A DNA stretch of 64,000 nt. Origin: Daphnia carinata. Lineage: Eukaryota. Shown here in pieces: positions 1 to 14,650 of the stretch (its first letter is position 1; the number at the start of each line of letters is the position of its first letter). The notes under the pieces are model-generated. The model worked only from the letters and a program-made list of their open reading frames with translations, ran no database searches and was not told the origin of the DNA. The translations under genes and the position numbers were made by a program. The DNA lies in contig NC_081333.1 of assembly GCF_022539665.2 (NCBI RefSeq), positions 10,726,001 through 10,790,000 on the forward strand. The letters are read 5' to 3'.

Positions 1-2614
1 CGGCGGCGGTGGTATACGAGCGCTAATTTTCTCAGTTGTTACATGTTTTAGATGAAATTTTTCTCGATCTATTCACTATCTTTCTCGTGTATTTTCTTTT
101 TTTTAACTCCAATGTCGCCGAGTAATCGATCTTTGTTTTCTCGCCCAGTTGTTTGGCGGTACGGTGCAATTCTTTAGTAAAAAGAAAAACAAAAAAAAGA
201 AAAAGTATTGAACGATGTTTCAGAAAAAAGACACACACACAAAAAGGAGATTGGGAAAAGGAATGTATCGCCGTGAAAGATGATCCATCAAAAGGGCTTT
301 TAATATAGCTTACATAAATATATATATATATACATACGTGTGCGCGCATATGTGATACATAAATGCGTAACTCTCCGCCGCACGTATAGGAGCCCCATTA
401 GATAAGATATTATGTACATTTATTTTGGCCCATCGGAAGAAAAAAAAAAAAAAATGAACGTCTTTAATCCGTCATTGTAAAGCGGCTCTCATTAGGCTCA
501 TCCATCATCGCTGATCGTCGAACCCGTTCGATGAAAGCGGACTGCATTTGCCTATTGTACATTTAAATCGGGATATACCACCACGTTATCTATAAGCATT
601 CCATTAAAAAAAAAAAATAATAATAAAGGTGATATCGTTACCAGACAAAACGGTATACATTCCTAGTAGCTTTCCGTGTACAGCATATAAAAATGTTGCT
701 AACATAAAAGTATGAAGGGCGAAATGTTGTTGACACTTGTTGATGGCCTGTCATCATTATCCGTTTTGCATCATGGTCAACAGCTGTTCGTCGCTACTCC
801 CGTTTTCCGAATGTCCAGTTGACTGCTCCACTAGCTGCGTATGCTAATATGCCCCTCCTTATAGCTTATAGACAGACACCTGACGTGTCATCATAAAAAG
901 ACTGACAAACAAACAAACAAAAAAAAAACCGAAAAGAGAGAAAGGCCTTTTTTTCGCGCATATGGCTCTATAAGCAAAATTTTCAAAATGCTTAGCAGAC
1001 ATATTCTTTAAACAGCATTAGAAATGTTTTGCTTGCTCGCATCGCGCAGATTACAGAGAGAAGCGGTGGAAGCTCCGCCGTACGAGGCTATAGTTTTGCA
1101 TGCTGCAATAAACTATAAGAAGCAGCAGCTAACATTTTAGAACCCGACGCGCGCGCCGCGGTGAAAGTCTTCTCCGTTTTTCTTCTCCTGCGTGATATTT
1201 ATGTGCGGCCTTTTTATGTCGTCCACCTCATTTGTATACGGCACATTTCTACATCATCTACCAGCAGAGCAAAACATTTTTTTCTTTTCATTTTAATTTT
1301 TTTTTTCTCTTGGGTGAACGTTTTTACGGCTTCTCCAATTTTTTTTCTCTCTTTAAGAACCGACTTCATTTCAATTAAGCCAATTAGATGCTGGCCCGCT
1401 TTCAAGGGATAGGCAAAAACAGTTAACTACCCAGAAACAAAAAAAAAAAAAAAGAGTAGCTTTTATATAAGGTCTTCGGATTGAGCTCATCTCCGAAAAA
1501 GAAAGAATTGACCCATCTTTCTTTAATGTCCGTATAGCGTATAGAAATATATGTTCTAATATAAATGAATCTAAACTATATACCGAATTAAACTATTAAG
1601 ACGCGTGGCTTCTTGTGTAATAATGAATGACTACTGTACAATCTACACTGAATAGATGCCCAAGAGGAACAATTGCTATCGAAAGGCAATGAACTCATCC
1701 GTTGCGATTTTCTTCTGAAAACAACTGTAGCACAACACAGGCAAACAAACGATCTAGATTACAGGTCTATATAAATTACTCTATTGTACGTTGAGCGTAT
1801 GTTGAACGCTTCAATGCCCTACTGTTCAAGATCGACGCTCCCGAACTATGCAACCGTATGTATTACGTGAAAATAGTCGTGTACAAAGCTGTAAACGGCC
1901 ATCCTTCTCGCCATTCTTTTCCATTTTTCAACCTTTGTGATATGTGGCCCCTCGTTTTCCATGTTGTTGTTCGTCAGAGGGATCGGCTCTTGTTGCATTG
2001 CTCAAGATCATCTCTATTATTGTACTGGTAAAGAGATTTATGAGCTTTTATGTTCCAGCCGGAGAAGGCCAGATAATAGTGATTGCCACCACCGCCCGCC
2101 GTCCACTGAGAAAATGACCAACAGTTTTTTTTATTTCAGAGTTGTTGAAGGGAAATGGAGCTCGACAACAAGAAATTAAGAAGGCAAAGAAGTGAGTTAC
2201 AAACAGTTTAGCTTTGCCGAGAAGAAGGTAGAGTCGCTCTGCGGGCTCCGAATATGAAGTGCTAACATACCTGTATGCTAATGAGCCGCTTATATACGTA
2301 ACCACCATCAGCATGCTTTTTTTATTATACTGTATACACCATTTTTACGGGAAGAATATATGCGGGATATGCTGACGTTCGCATGCAGCCATTCGCATTT
2401 AATCCTTTTACTTTTTTTTTTAAGTATATTGGTTCTAATTTTTCTTTCTTGACTTCTTCTTTTTAAGCGAACGCGTCGAGTTCCGCCGACGCTTTCATCA
2501 TTTCGTGCAGCCTTAGTAACAGAACCAGCGGGCAGTATCGTCAGTTAACAATAACAAGAAAATGATTTCACACGTTCCCCCAAGGTCCGTTCGCTCCTTT
2601 AAAACGTTTCATTT

Positions 2615-2640
2615 CACACACACACACACACACACACACA
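2615..2640 (+). repeat. (CA)13 microsatellite
   Basis: Direct reading. Confidence 0.9.
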
Positions 2641-4339
2641 AATAATTCTTTCTATTTCTTTAAATAGATTTAAAGGAACTAGATTAATGTCAGACGTCAT
2701 ATTTGAAACGGCGACAGGATGAAACATCGGTGCACGCACGACCTGGCCTGTTTTTTTTTTTTTCTTTCTCAAAAACTCCTGTTATAACAAAACGAATCTC
2801 TTTCAGAAAATGTGTTACATTTTATTTGTGTTTTTATTTTCTTGTTCTAAAGAGACACTTTTTAAAAGAACAAAAACGTATTCAACTTGCGAAATGGCGT
2901 AGGTAATCCGACAGGGCATCAGGTTATGAGATTCACGCGTGAAAATGGAAGTTAAAGCGGCGCGTATAAATCCAACGTCGGGACAACGGTGGGAGAGAAT
3001 GGCGGTCGTGTTATTCTCAACGGAGACAAGATTTGACGATATGACAATTATTTATTTCTACCCTTTTCTTTCATCAAAGAACGCAAAAGAAAAAAAACAA
3101 AAACGCTGTAATATATAGAAGTGCGGGAACGGATGTGTCAACCGTAGGCTGGGTGCTTTAATTTCTTTTTTCCCAACCAACTAGAACGCCAGTGCATGAA
3201 TATTCCGAGCCTTTTTATTCCGCAAAAGGTAGTAGAGCAGCACATAGAGACTTGGCACCTTGAAAGTTAGTCCTTGTACCTCTGTGTTTTTTTGAAAAAT
3301 AAAATTCTGAGACGCTTCCTCCCGAAAAAAAAAACCCCTCCGTTTGCCGCTTGTTTGGCGCGCTTCCCACGTTCGTTAAACAGCGTGAAACGTAGCGAGG
3401 AAATGAGTCTGACCGCAAAGAGACCATCGCACTCTCTCTCTCGCTCTCTCCCGAAACTCTATTGGTGTGTATCTATGTGCTACACTACTCGGGAATTTTC
3501 CTTGATTGTTTCGAGGCTCATCTTGGTTTTTTTTTTTTTTTTTTTTTTTTTTATTTTAAATTTCCTACACCTTTTATCATTTTGTTTTTCTTTTATCCTC
3601 TCGTTCGTATTTTCATCTTCGCCACCATAAGAAATCGCAACAAGCGAGAAGAAGAACACAAATCTGCTCCCCCCCCCCCCCCAAAAAAAAAAAAAAAAAG
3701 AAAAAAGAAAAAGAGAACAGGTGGTGTTGAGCCAAGACGGATCGGTCCGGAACTGTACGCACAATGATAGACGCTGTTAGCGTCCTCCTATTCAAAAAGA
3801 AACATTTACATCTGTTCTATAAGAGGCCATCCGTGTGTGTGTATATTATCCTTCCTCCACACCCCGCTAACAGAAAGCAGTTGAGCAATTGAATTGTGTG
3901 TGCACCAACAGAGAGGGAATAAGGTGAATCATAACTCGTAATCTACGAGCCTACGCCTCTCCTTCACAATAACGAAAGGATGGAGGAGATATTGCGTCTG
4001 GAAAACTATTCCAGGAAAAAAACGAAAAAAGAAAAAAAAGGACAAGAGTCACGATTTCACTTTTCCAGGTCTCATCATCATCATCATCATCATTCGGGCA
4101 CCGTGGTTGTTGCAATCTGCTCCGGTAAAATATATACGCTCTAAGCAAAACCGTTCGTAAAGGAAAAAACGACAAGAGAACAAAGAAAAATAAAATGGAA
4201 GTAGAAAAAAAAAAAAAAAGATGGATGGATGGGTTGGGATGTTTTCCGCCATTTCAACGTCGTACAATATTACTTTGCTGATATATAAGGTTTTTTTTGT
4301 TTTTTTTTAGGCTTAGCGTAGGCACGGCCATTGTCGACT

Positions 4340-4371
<32 letters not shown>

Positions 4372-7300
4372 GGGGGGAATCGTTGACTTAACAAAAAAAA
4401 AAAAATGTTTCTTACCAAAACAAATCGCAGCAATCTTCTTGGGAGGCAGAAAAAAGAAAAAGATCTCTGACAAGGTTTTGTTGAATAGCAAACTAAAAAT
4501 AATAAATAAATAAAAGGACAACCTATATATGGTCATAACGTTCGTACACGTTCACCTTCTTATTCATCCGTAGCCTAGATCCATCGGCTGAGAGAAAATC
4601 AGCCAACAATACACACTCGATTGGCTCTCGTTTCGTCAACAGCATAATCGATCACAACACTTTTGGCACTTGTTTCTTCAATTCAAAAAAACATTGGGGA
4701 AAACCGGACGAATTGGGAGTGATGGATGACTTTGGATCTGTGCCATCGAGTGTCAATACACAAATCGTTGAAAGTATCAAAAAAAAAAAAAGGACGTGTA
4801 AACTTTTGTACGAAACTCAACCGGCCATTGAATTTCAAATCTATCCTTCAGATTTGTGTTTTTCTTTTAGTAAGAAAAGGAACGGCAGAAGATCGTCGTC
4901 CTGTCGCCGAAACGAACCGTTTTCGTTTGTGAATGCCGCCAAACACGTTGAACGAAACCGAGTGGATATAAGACAGATATAAATAGCAAACGATGCGTAC
5001 AGGATAATGAGCGGGAAAGGGAACTGATGGCGTGAAAGAGGAAGCCGAAAAAAAAAACAAAAAAAACAACAACCCGGCTAAAACGAGAAGCCGTGCACCA
5101 TGTGTCCAATGCGTAGTATAGGTATGTATAGGTAGAGCCTTTTTGGTCTATGTGGCATACTTGATGTAACAGGTGAGCGGACCGGTCTTATTAAGAATAC
5201 AAACTGGAAAGAAAGAACGAAATAAGAAGAAAGAGATATAAAAAAAAAAAAAAAAAAAAAAAAGAGCCCATACGTTTCACTAGTGGGGGTAATGATAATA
5301 AAAGCCATCAGCAGGAATCTCAACTATACGGCTTGGGCAGGGCCTACTTCATCCGTTTGGCTCTTCTTGCGCCACCTGCTATATAATTCGGCTGCTGGAC
5401 TTTTGGAACGAAAGGGAGAAGACGTGGAAAAGTAAAAGAAAAAAAAAATTCAAGGGAAAAGAGATAAAAAAAAATGGTTTAAAAAGAAGTTCAGAAACAG
5501 CAGGTGCACAAGTAATGATTACTTTCTTCAATAATAAATGGAACTGAATTAAAATCATAGTCGTTTTTTTTTTCCGGAACGAATGAAAATTCCTATTTTT
5601 ACTACACACTTCACCGAATTCCAATATCGATCAAATCAACAAGAAAAAAAAAATCGGGAGGGCTTCTTTCCCGATTTTTCTCAGCAACAACATAAACCAA
5701 TGACCATAGACGGGGATATTCCTCCCGATTCCCAGCGGAGGTGACAGACCCTAACAGGTTTCGTGTTTTTTTTTTGTTTTTTTTCATTCTCTCAGAAAAA
5801 AGAGAGAGAAAAAAAATAAAGAACTTGTGATTGACATTTGTGATTATCTCTTACTCTATTTCCCTCTCCCTCCCTTTTTCCTACAGCGTCCAATCAAGTC
5901 CCGATATGCTCCAATCCGTCTGGGGTTTCGTCCGTTACCCCATTGATTTTCCGCTCGGGATGATGAGAAATGGCAGAGCGGCATTCTCAATTGCGATACA
6001 TTTAAAGCAATTTCGGACAGCTAATCACATACATGAAGACTTCAAACCCTGGATAGTTGCATACAATAGACTCGCTGTGTAGAAAAAAAAAAAAAAATGC
6101 GTTGCTATTTTCTTCTTCTTCGGTATACATGCGATTCAAGAAGCGCCTTGAGAAGGCCAAACTTTCGTTCCCAGAAGCCAGTTAACAGCGGTAGCTAAGC
6201 AGCTTCCGCGCACCATCGGACAATCCCTGCAGCACCGTTTGCCTATAACTATTTACACACTATAACGTGTATTGTACAAAGTCCCCGCCGCGTGATTTCC
6301 TCCTCCTTTCAGCTCTTGTTATTTTTGTTCTTTCAACGGAAGCGACCGGAAGAATAAAAAAAAAAAAAAAAATGGGGGCTTCTTGTATAGCTATAACAAT
6401 CGTTTATGGGTCTATTTTTTTCTTCGCATGAATTGCTTTCACTCTCTATCTCAACCATTTGTTGTTTTTTTGGGGGGGCTTTTGCTATGGATCGGTGCTC
6501 TTGGCTCTTCTAATTATCAAAACCGCAACGTTCGGTAGGGCAGAGTACATTTTGTTTTTCTTTCTTTAAAGCCGTGCACGGATTACACACGTACACAAAG
6601 AAGTGGACTGATTGCCTTACGCGGTACGTGCAGGTACGCGAAAACGGCATTGAAAATTGTCACGTAATTTTGCGCGAATGCGGGAAGGCGTATGAAAAAC
6701 GACTATAAGTAGAGTCCCTTTTATTTATTTATTTTTTTTTTTTTGGTCAGATTCGAAGAACAATTGCTTCGATTGATGCCACGGGTATTTGCCCAGGGAC
6801 CCCAACCAAGAATTTTGGAGGTCGAAACCTGTCTCGCTGTGCATCAAAAAAGGGAATGCGAAATAAAGATAGGATACAAAGCGCAATTTATACGTGAATT
6901 ATTTCGCTTTATACAGACGGACTCTATCGAGGAAAAAAAAAAAAAAAAAAAAAGAAAATACAAGGCGAAAAGATTGTTGAATAGACTCTTGTTTGCCATC
7001 AATCGTCGACCAGTCGTTTGGCCCAAGTTGAAAGTATATCGACAGCGGGACAACACGACTGACGCAATCGGTTCGCATTTAAAATTTCATTCCCGTGCCT
7101 CGGTGGTGACCAAATCGCAAGTAAATAAACTTGGTTGATTATTCTTCCAGCGTCTCGCTAACGCACAGCGGAGAAACAAACAAATGTTTCGACGAACTTG
7201 AAAATCCAACGATATACAGTATATAAGACCATCCTTATTAGGTATGGCTGTAACAAAAACAAAGGAGCTAAACTCACACGATCGATGAGCGTCAACCCAT

Positions 7301-8558
7301 CAATGACGGGGATACGTAATCGCCAAATAAGTGGATTCCGGGTTTATTTATACACCTCGAATTTGCCTTTTTTTTGCACTCGTTGGCGAGATGGTGGGGA
7401 CCGGCGAGGAGAAAAAGAATCGATGGCATTCTAAAGAAAGCGGGAGAGAATAAATGCCGGTGATGTGCGTTTGTTTGGTGAAACAAGAAGTCACTTGCTT
7501 ATCAGTCGTGTTCTTTTTACCATCCAAAAGAGGGTAGATATCGCAACAACTTGAACCTTTTATCATTTAAAATGTGCCATTGTCTCTCCAGATTGTCCGC
7601 TTTCGCCAATGATTCTTTCACGTCGCTTTACCCCTCGTGACGTGATCTGATTTTCATTTGCTTCGTATTTGCATAACAACAAACGAAAGTGGCTGCAAAA
7701 AGGAGAAAAACAAAATGCGGCGATTGAAATGGTGCCATCGGTGGCCAAGGTCTTCGTCCCGATGTTGGACAATGTCGGAGAGCGAATCCGACATTTTTCG
7801 CTGTATAAAAGCGAACGAAAAATAAAAACAAAACAAAAACGAAATGCAATAAACCTGGTTTTTCTGTGTTGAGAGGTCCTCTTCTTGCGCCGATCGCATT
7901 TTTAACGATGGGCGATTAAACATCGAGCGGGAGCATCTCAGCAGCAACTAACCTTCTCCTTTTCGTTTATATATATTTGTATCTAACGAGCGAGATGTAC
8001 CGAAGAGAGCGCACAATCATAAATTGTGAAGGATGATGAGCCATGAAAGTCTCCTTTTGTTTTTCTCTCTCTCTTCTCCTTGTTGATAAGTTTTTTGTTT
8101 TGTTTTTCGTAAAAGAAAAAAAAGAGGATAACGAGGGGGAGAGAAGAATTTCGTGTAGGAGGGCGGGCAATGGAAAGAAACGGTCGAAATGAAAGTGTAG
8201 CAAAACCGTTTGTTTCTTTTTGCCCTTACACATCAGCATGCACTTGTTGGCCCGCTTCACCTACTTCAATTCTTCAAACGTACATGCAGAGGGTAAACTC
8301 GTTTTAAATAGATCACGCTCCATTCGTTCAGTCGGCTGGCGAAAATCACGAACGTTGTTTCCTTTTTTTTTTCCCAGGGCGCTGACACAAAACAAATTCA
8401 AATGGAGAAACAAAACAAAAAAAGTTGGGGAGGGAGGCAAAAAGTCATCATACGATCATCATCATTTTCGTTTGTTATTTTATTTTATTTTTTTTCTTCC
8501 GTTCATACCGTGGCCGAGATGATGTGTGGGTGGATTGAGGAGAAGAAACTAAGGGAAA

Positions 8559-8591
<33 letters not shown>

Positions 8592-9338
8592 ACACCCACA
8601 TGAATGCAACGAAAAACTGAAACCTTTTAAAGCAGAAAAAAAAAAAAAAAATACTTTAAATGGTTTCATGTTGGAGAATATAAAATGTGAAAGCGCTGTT
8701 CCAGAGAGAGAGACCTTCGCAATAATAAGGAGATGAACCAGCCGGCCGCCGCGCATCTTATTATTATTTAATTTTTTTTTATTTTTTTGTGCTCTTCTTG
8801 TTTTTATTTTGCCTTGTTTTTTGTTTTTTTGTTTTTTTGTTTTTTTTTTAGAAAACAGCGGCCACGTTCTTGTCTTTTATTCATTTTTCACGCCCATCAA
8901 AGTCGATGATGATCATTCCTAGAGACCTGCTGCGTCGCGTCACAAACTAAAAGAAGAAATACAACGAGGGGAAAAAAAAAGGTTGGCGTCAATAAAACAA
9001 AGAAGAAGAAAGAAAAAGGCAAAAAACAAAACAGCAGCAAAAAAAAAAAAAAAATGTACCGAAAGAACAACCGAAAATAGTCTCATAATAATAATAATAG
9101 TAGCATAGTAATCTAATAGGAATGCAGAGGGATCAATGTCGTAACGGGGTCTTCATTGATTGACTGATTTATGAACGCGCGTTAACTTGCAATCATATAA
9201 ATAAAAATCTTTAGTTTCTCTCTCAACAAGGAACCGCCGTTGCCAGACCTGTGCTGAGCTCCTGGGAATTTCAGCTTTTTTAAAAAGAAGGAAAAAATCC
9301 AGGGCGGCAAAAGACTGTCCACGGATATGCAAATAATG

Positions 9339-9340
<2 letters not shown>

Positions 9341-9380
<40 letters not shown>
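9341..9380 (+). repeat. (TC)20 microsatellite
   Basis: Direct reading. Confidence 0.9.
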
Positions 9381-9383
<3 letters not shown>

Positions 9384-12300
9384 GTCTGTAGCCGCAGTGT
9401 TGCAGACATCAGTGAACGTAAATGGGCGGTTCTTTATTGCGCATCTCGGATGTAATAATTGGAATGGAGAATAGAGAGGATGTTCTTTCGTCTTTCGGAG
9501 CCAAAAGGGCTTCCATATTATGCGCACATCCTCGAACAGTCTTTCTCTTTCCCTTTGCGTGCCAAATAGCTGGAAAAGAAATGAACCAGGACGACGGGAA
9601 ACGGGGAAACAATGTAGCGAAGACACAGAAGTAACGACTTTTCAAATGTAAAGCCAGATGAACAGGCCAATGAAATATGGGTTGGATGAAGAAGATTAGA
9701 CCGCCAGAATGTCTCACTTTCACTCGTCTTTCGTCCTCCTTCTCCTCCCCATCGCCCTCACCTTCACCTCGGACTCGTCTTATCCACATTGGAACGTCAT
9801 CACAATCTTTGAAGAAGAAGAAGAAAAAAAAAACAAAAAAAAAAAACAGAGTAGAAGGGGACAAATAAGAAATATGAATAATAAGTTCACTGAGAGTTGC
9901 GCAATCCGTGACGCAATGTATGTGAACGACCCTTTTCACGCTGGAATATTCGACACGCTCTCGACGTCGCCAGTTCTTGACGTTTCAAATCGTCTTGGCC
10001 CATTAAAATAGTTGAAACCTTCTCCTCTTGTTATTTCTCAAGATCTTCAGTAGAGAGAAAGCCGAAACAAACCAAAAAAAAAACAAAATGTAGCTCATTT
10101 TCGCTCTGGAAATATAGTATCCCAAACGAAATGAAAGAGAGGCCGCTATATATATTTTTTTTTTTTTTATCTTGCCTTCCTTTCGCTTTTTGTGTGCTTT
10201 CCCACCACTGAGCAAAAACGAGTAAAAAAAAAAAAAAAAAACGGTCATTGGGTAAAAAAAAAAAAATCTGAAGGACGATGATGAAACTCGGCATATGACC
10301 GGCCAATTTATTGCGGCTACAAAAATTCCGATTTTTACGACGAGACGCGCGGAACAAAAGCAGCGAGAAGAGATACTTGTCGTCGTCCGTTTTTCTTCTT
10401 CTTCTCAACTGCACTGACTCATCCAACTACCGTATCAATAATCTTGATGGAACAAAAACAACAAAAAAAGATAAAACAATTTTTTTTTTTTTTTTTTTTT
10501 TCAAACTTCTGACGGTCCGCTCTCTCGCCTTGAAACATCTTCTCTCTCTTTACACACATTATGCATACAGACATACCTGTGGCGTGGCCCGATTGGCATG
10601 GAATCGGGACGCGCTCTTCTTCTTTCTTTTTTTTTTTTTTTTTTTCAAAAATTTCCTTTTTTTTTTTTTTTTTTCTTTCGTATTGCCGGTGCGGTTTTCG
10701 GCGGTTCATTCAAATGTCAAGCGCCCCCCATCTCTCTTTTCTTTTGAACGATTTGATGCTTTGACGGAGGCGTGGCCGCCTCTGGTTTTTTTTTTTTGCG
10801 GTCCCGCGGCGGCAGTAGCGTGTGTGGTGACGGTGCCCTAATTCATCGGCAGTGGATACTGTCATGGGCTGCTGGATTCTTCTCCTGTTTTAGGATGGAG
10901 AGAGACGGGGATACTGTGATATTCACGCGACTTGCCTGTCTTGACCGTTTGCATTTTTTTTTTTCAACGCATTTCGGCCGTTCGATGAACGCAACTTGCG
11001 AATCAAATGAGAAGCGCAGATTGGCGATGAAAGAAATTCAAATTCGAGAAGAGGAAACGAGTTGACGGTCTCACGTCAACAAATCGTTGAGCTGTGAAAA
11101 AGAAAAAAAAAAAAAAGGAAATGAAACATTGGCGGTGATCTACCATATACCAGCACATTCTTCCAGTTTCTCTACAAAAGAAACGGAACAATGTACAACC
11201 GCGCGTGAACACGAAAAAAGAAATAAGGAAGAATATATTTTTGAAAAAAATTAATGTGGTTGTGGCCTCTTTAACCTCCCCTCCTGTGATGTATTGTCTT
11301 TTTTCTCTTGGTGACACATTGTGCGCACCATCGGTTATACTATACACACTCTCTCCCTATTATGCATATGATAGGGTAGCCACCGCATAGGATATGGATC
11401 GGTACGCGTAACAATCATAAACGTACAAGTCGGAAAGAAAAGCGGATGAACGACGACTCAATTCCAAACCGAGCAAATGTTTTTTTTTTGTTGTTGTTGT
11501 TGTTTTGTTTTTTTTTCTCTTCAAAAGGGGGGAGTAGGAAAAATAACTGCGACTGTAGTAGAGTGGCACCCCATTGGTGCTATTGTCTCTCTTCACCCGC
11601 ACAAAGAAAACGAGCCATTCTGCAGATGATGAGCACATCCAACATAAGAAAGAAAGTTCTTGTTTTGTTCTTTCTTTCTCATTCACTCGTTGTTTTGTTT
11701 CGTCTGGTTATTTATTCGTTTTTCTGTGTTCTCGTATCTTCTTTTATTCTTTATTTTGTCTTGTTTGGTTTCGTTCCTTTCTTCTTCTTTTTTTTTTTTT
11801 ATCGTCTTATTTATTTATTTTTTTTTCTGAAGCTCTTATTTCACCACTTGTTTATTTATTTCACATTTCCAACCGAGCGGAGGCAGAATAAAGAAAAGAA
11901 AAATGACTGCATTATTACGACTTGGGACTCGTCGTCAAAACGAGCCATCGTCAAACTCAGTTGAAATGAAGATAGTAAAGTAGAGTAAAGTAGGTCTTTT
12001 CTCTCTCTCTCTCTCTCTCTCTTAAATGTATATCTATGTTGCTTTAGTTCTTAATTGCCGCCGTCGTGCTCCTGCTGCTGGAACACAGAACCCGAAGGGT
12101 GTGCAGACTTTGGTCTACAGCGCGGGCCGTTTTTTTTTTTTTTTTTTTTGTACAAAAAAAAACAAAAGAAAAAGACATAATAAGAGAAGCAGCAGCATGC
12201 CAGCAAAACGAGGGGGGGTATATAGACGTTCCGTTGGTCCATTCGTTCAACAAAAAAGCATTAAAAAAAAAAAAATGAAAACAACAGATGGTAGAAGTGT

Positions 12301-14614
12301 CCAACAGGGTCCAAGTATTCGGCAATACAAATAGAATCAGATGATTTGTGGTCGGCACTCAATCATTCGGTCTCCTTGAGCGGCGATCCAGCAGCACACA
12401 TACAACTGCTCTATGGATATATATATACTAGTAAGCCATGCGTATAGTAAGAAAGACATTTTATCTCTCAAGACGCCATCTCGTACACCTGCAAAACAAA
12501 AACAAAGCCAAAAAAAAACAAAAAAAAAAAACAACTCACATCTATCCGTGCGTTTCATTTGTTTAAATAGGCGACATAGCAGAAATGGCATTGAAACAAA
12601 ATCTTGAAGAGGCCACCTACATACAGGTAGGAATAACCTATTTCGTTTCTTAGTGTATATATATACTGTATAGGATGTATATTTCCACATCAATTATGAT
12701 TTCGAAAAAAATAAATGCAACAGCGAGAAAAAAGAATGTTGCAATGTCACCTCGTCGAGAACGTGAGAAACACCTCACCTATTGATGAGATATGGAAGAG
12801 AGCGATAGACGCAACAATTGTAACACCTTTTTATATTCTTCCATCGCTTGCTGAGGAGGAGGGTTTGAGGGCAACGGCGGAAAAGGACGGACGTTTACCG
12901 TAACAGAGCACAAAGTCCTCTAAAAAAAAAAAAAAAAAAAAAAATTCTGGGAGAAGAAGAATGAAGGTGTTAGCGGGTGGGAACTTGCTTGCGAGACGAC
13001 TGTTGGAAGAAGGGGAGAAAGAAAACATGTGACGAAGCCACAATAGGGCCATAAATCCAGCATAAGATGGTGATTACATTTTTTGTCTGTCTCTTATTTG
13101 CCTTTTTAGCTTTTTCTACTATCCCCCCCCCCCCCCCCCGTCCATTATCCCAAAGCCCGGAGAAAATGTCGAGCAGACTTCCATTATATCAATTTTTGAG
13201 AGGGGGGTAGCTATAGAGGCTTTACTGGAACAACAAAAATCCCGAGTGATGCCTCAATATCATCCATTGAAATATGCGCGTTCTAAGTAGAAAATACGGG
13301 GGGGGGGGGGGGGGGGGGGGGGCTTGTTTCTGTAGGGACACGTAACACACTATCGAAGACGCACTAAAAAAAAGAAGCTCTTCAGCAAAGGATGACCTCA
13401 TTTTCCGCTTGGCTACAAGAAGAAGAAGAAGCCTCTTTTCATCTTTCATTGATGTGTGTACGTCTGCCTTTCTATTTTTCTTTCTTCTTCACAGCAATGT
13501 GTGGTTATATCAGTGGGAAAGATGAGTGGCATCACACGTTTCAAAATAACAGAATAAAAAAAATAAAAAATAAAAGCTGGCAGTTTTGGCCCCAGCTACT
13601 GGCTGACACTTGGAAAGAATCAAAAACATGAAGTTGATGCAAGAAGAGCACGTCGAAAAAGAAATGCAAAGAGAAAATCTAGTCCAAAGAAAAAAAGAAA
13701 AAAAGTTATGTCTTTTTGAAGGTAAAACGAGAACAAGGGTGTCATACCTGTACCTCTTCTTTTTGCCCAGGTAAACATAGAGATAGCTTGAAAAGATGAG
13801 CTTTTGTGTGTCTGTTAAAAGACTGTCCAAAAGGGAGAGGTGGAGCTCAGTCATACAACTAAAAAAAAAAATAAATAAATAAAATAAATAGAGGCAGGTT
13901 AAGTTGGGCCACACGCAAAGATGCTGTATAAGCTATGTTTACACAAACGATTGATGCTCTCTCTCTATGTCGAAGAATGTATTATTGTGTCCAATAGCCA
14001 GAGAAACTCGTTTTCCCTTTTTTTTTCTCTCTCTCTCTCTCTCTTTCAGCTTCGCACTGGACGCTTTACTTCTGGTTGGTCATCGCCCCAATTCATAAAA
14101 AAAAAAAAAACGACTACACACACACATCTCTGACGTGATTGTAGACGTTATGGTCTAACTAAAAGTAGAAAAAAAAAATAGTAAGAAGAAAGTATACAAT
14201 AGCAGGTTCGTTGAATGGTAGTTATTGCCAACAACCATAACAAGACCATTTTTTTTTTTCAATTATCCTTGTATTAGTACGTCCAGTGTGTGTATAGGCA
14301 ATGGAGTGTACGTGTTTTCTTGGTTTTTAACGTGGCGGGATATGCATTTGAAGAATTCGTTCCACGCAAAACTTTTATTTTTTTTAAAAAGGAAGGAAAT
14401 AATAATAATAATAATAATAAGCGAAAAGGGCAGAAAAATGTATAATATACACCCAGCCAAAATGAAATGGATATTTTGGATGGTGGGGTCATTCTCGTAA
14501 AGTTAAAAAAAAAAGAAAAGAAAAAGGAACACAAGAAAACAATCGAAAGAGTCGCCATCAACACACAGTCCATTTGTGCTCACACAATTTTCGTTGGCTG
14601 AGAAATTCGTTTTT

Positions 14615-14618
<4 letters not shown>

Positions 14619-14648
<30 letters not shown>
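14619..14648 (+). repeat. (TG)15 microsatellite
   Basis: Direct reading. Confidence 0.9.
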
Positions 14649-14650
<2 letters not shown>

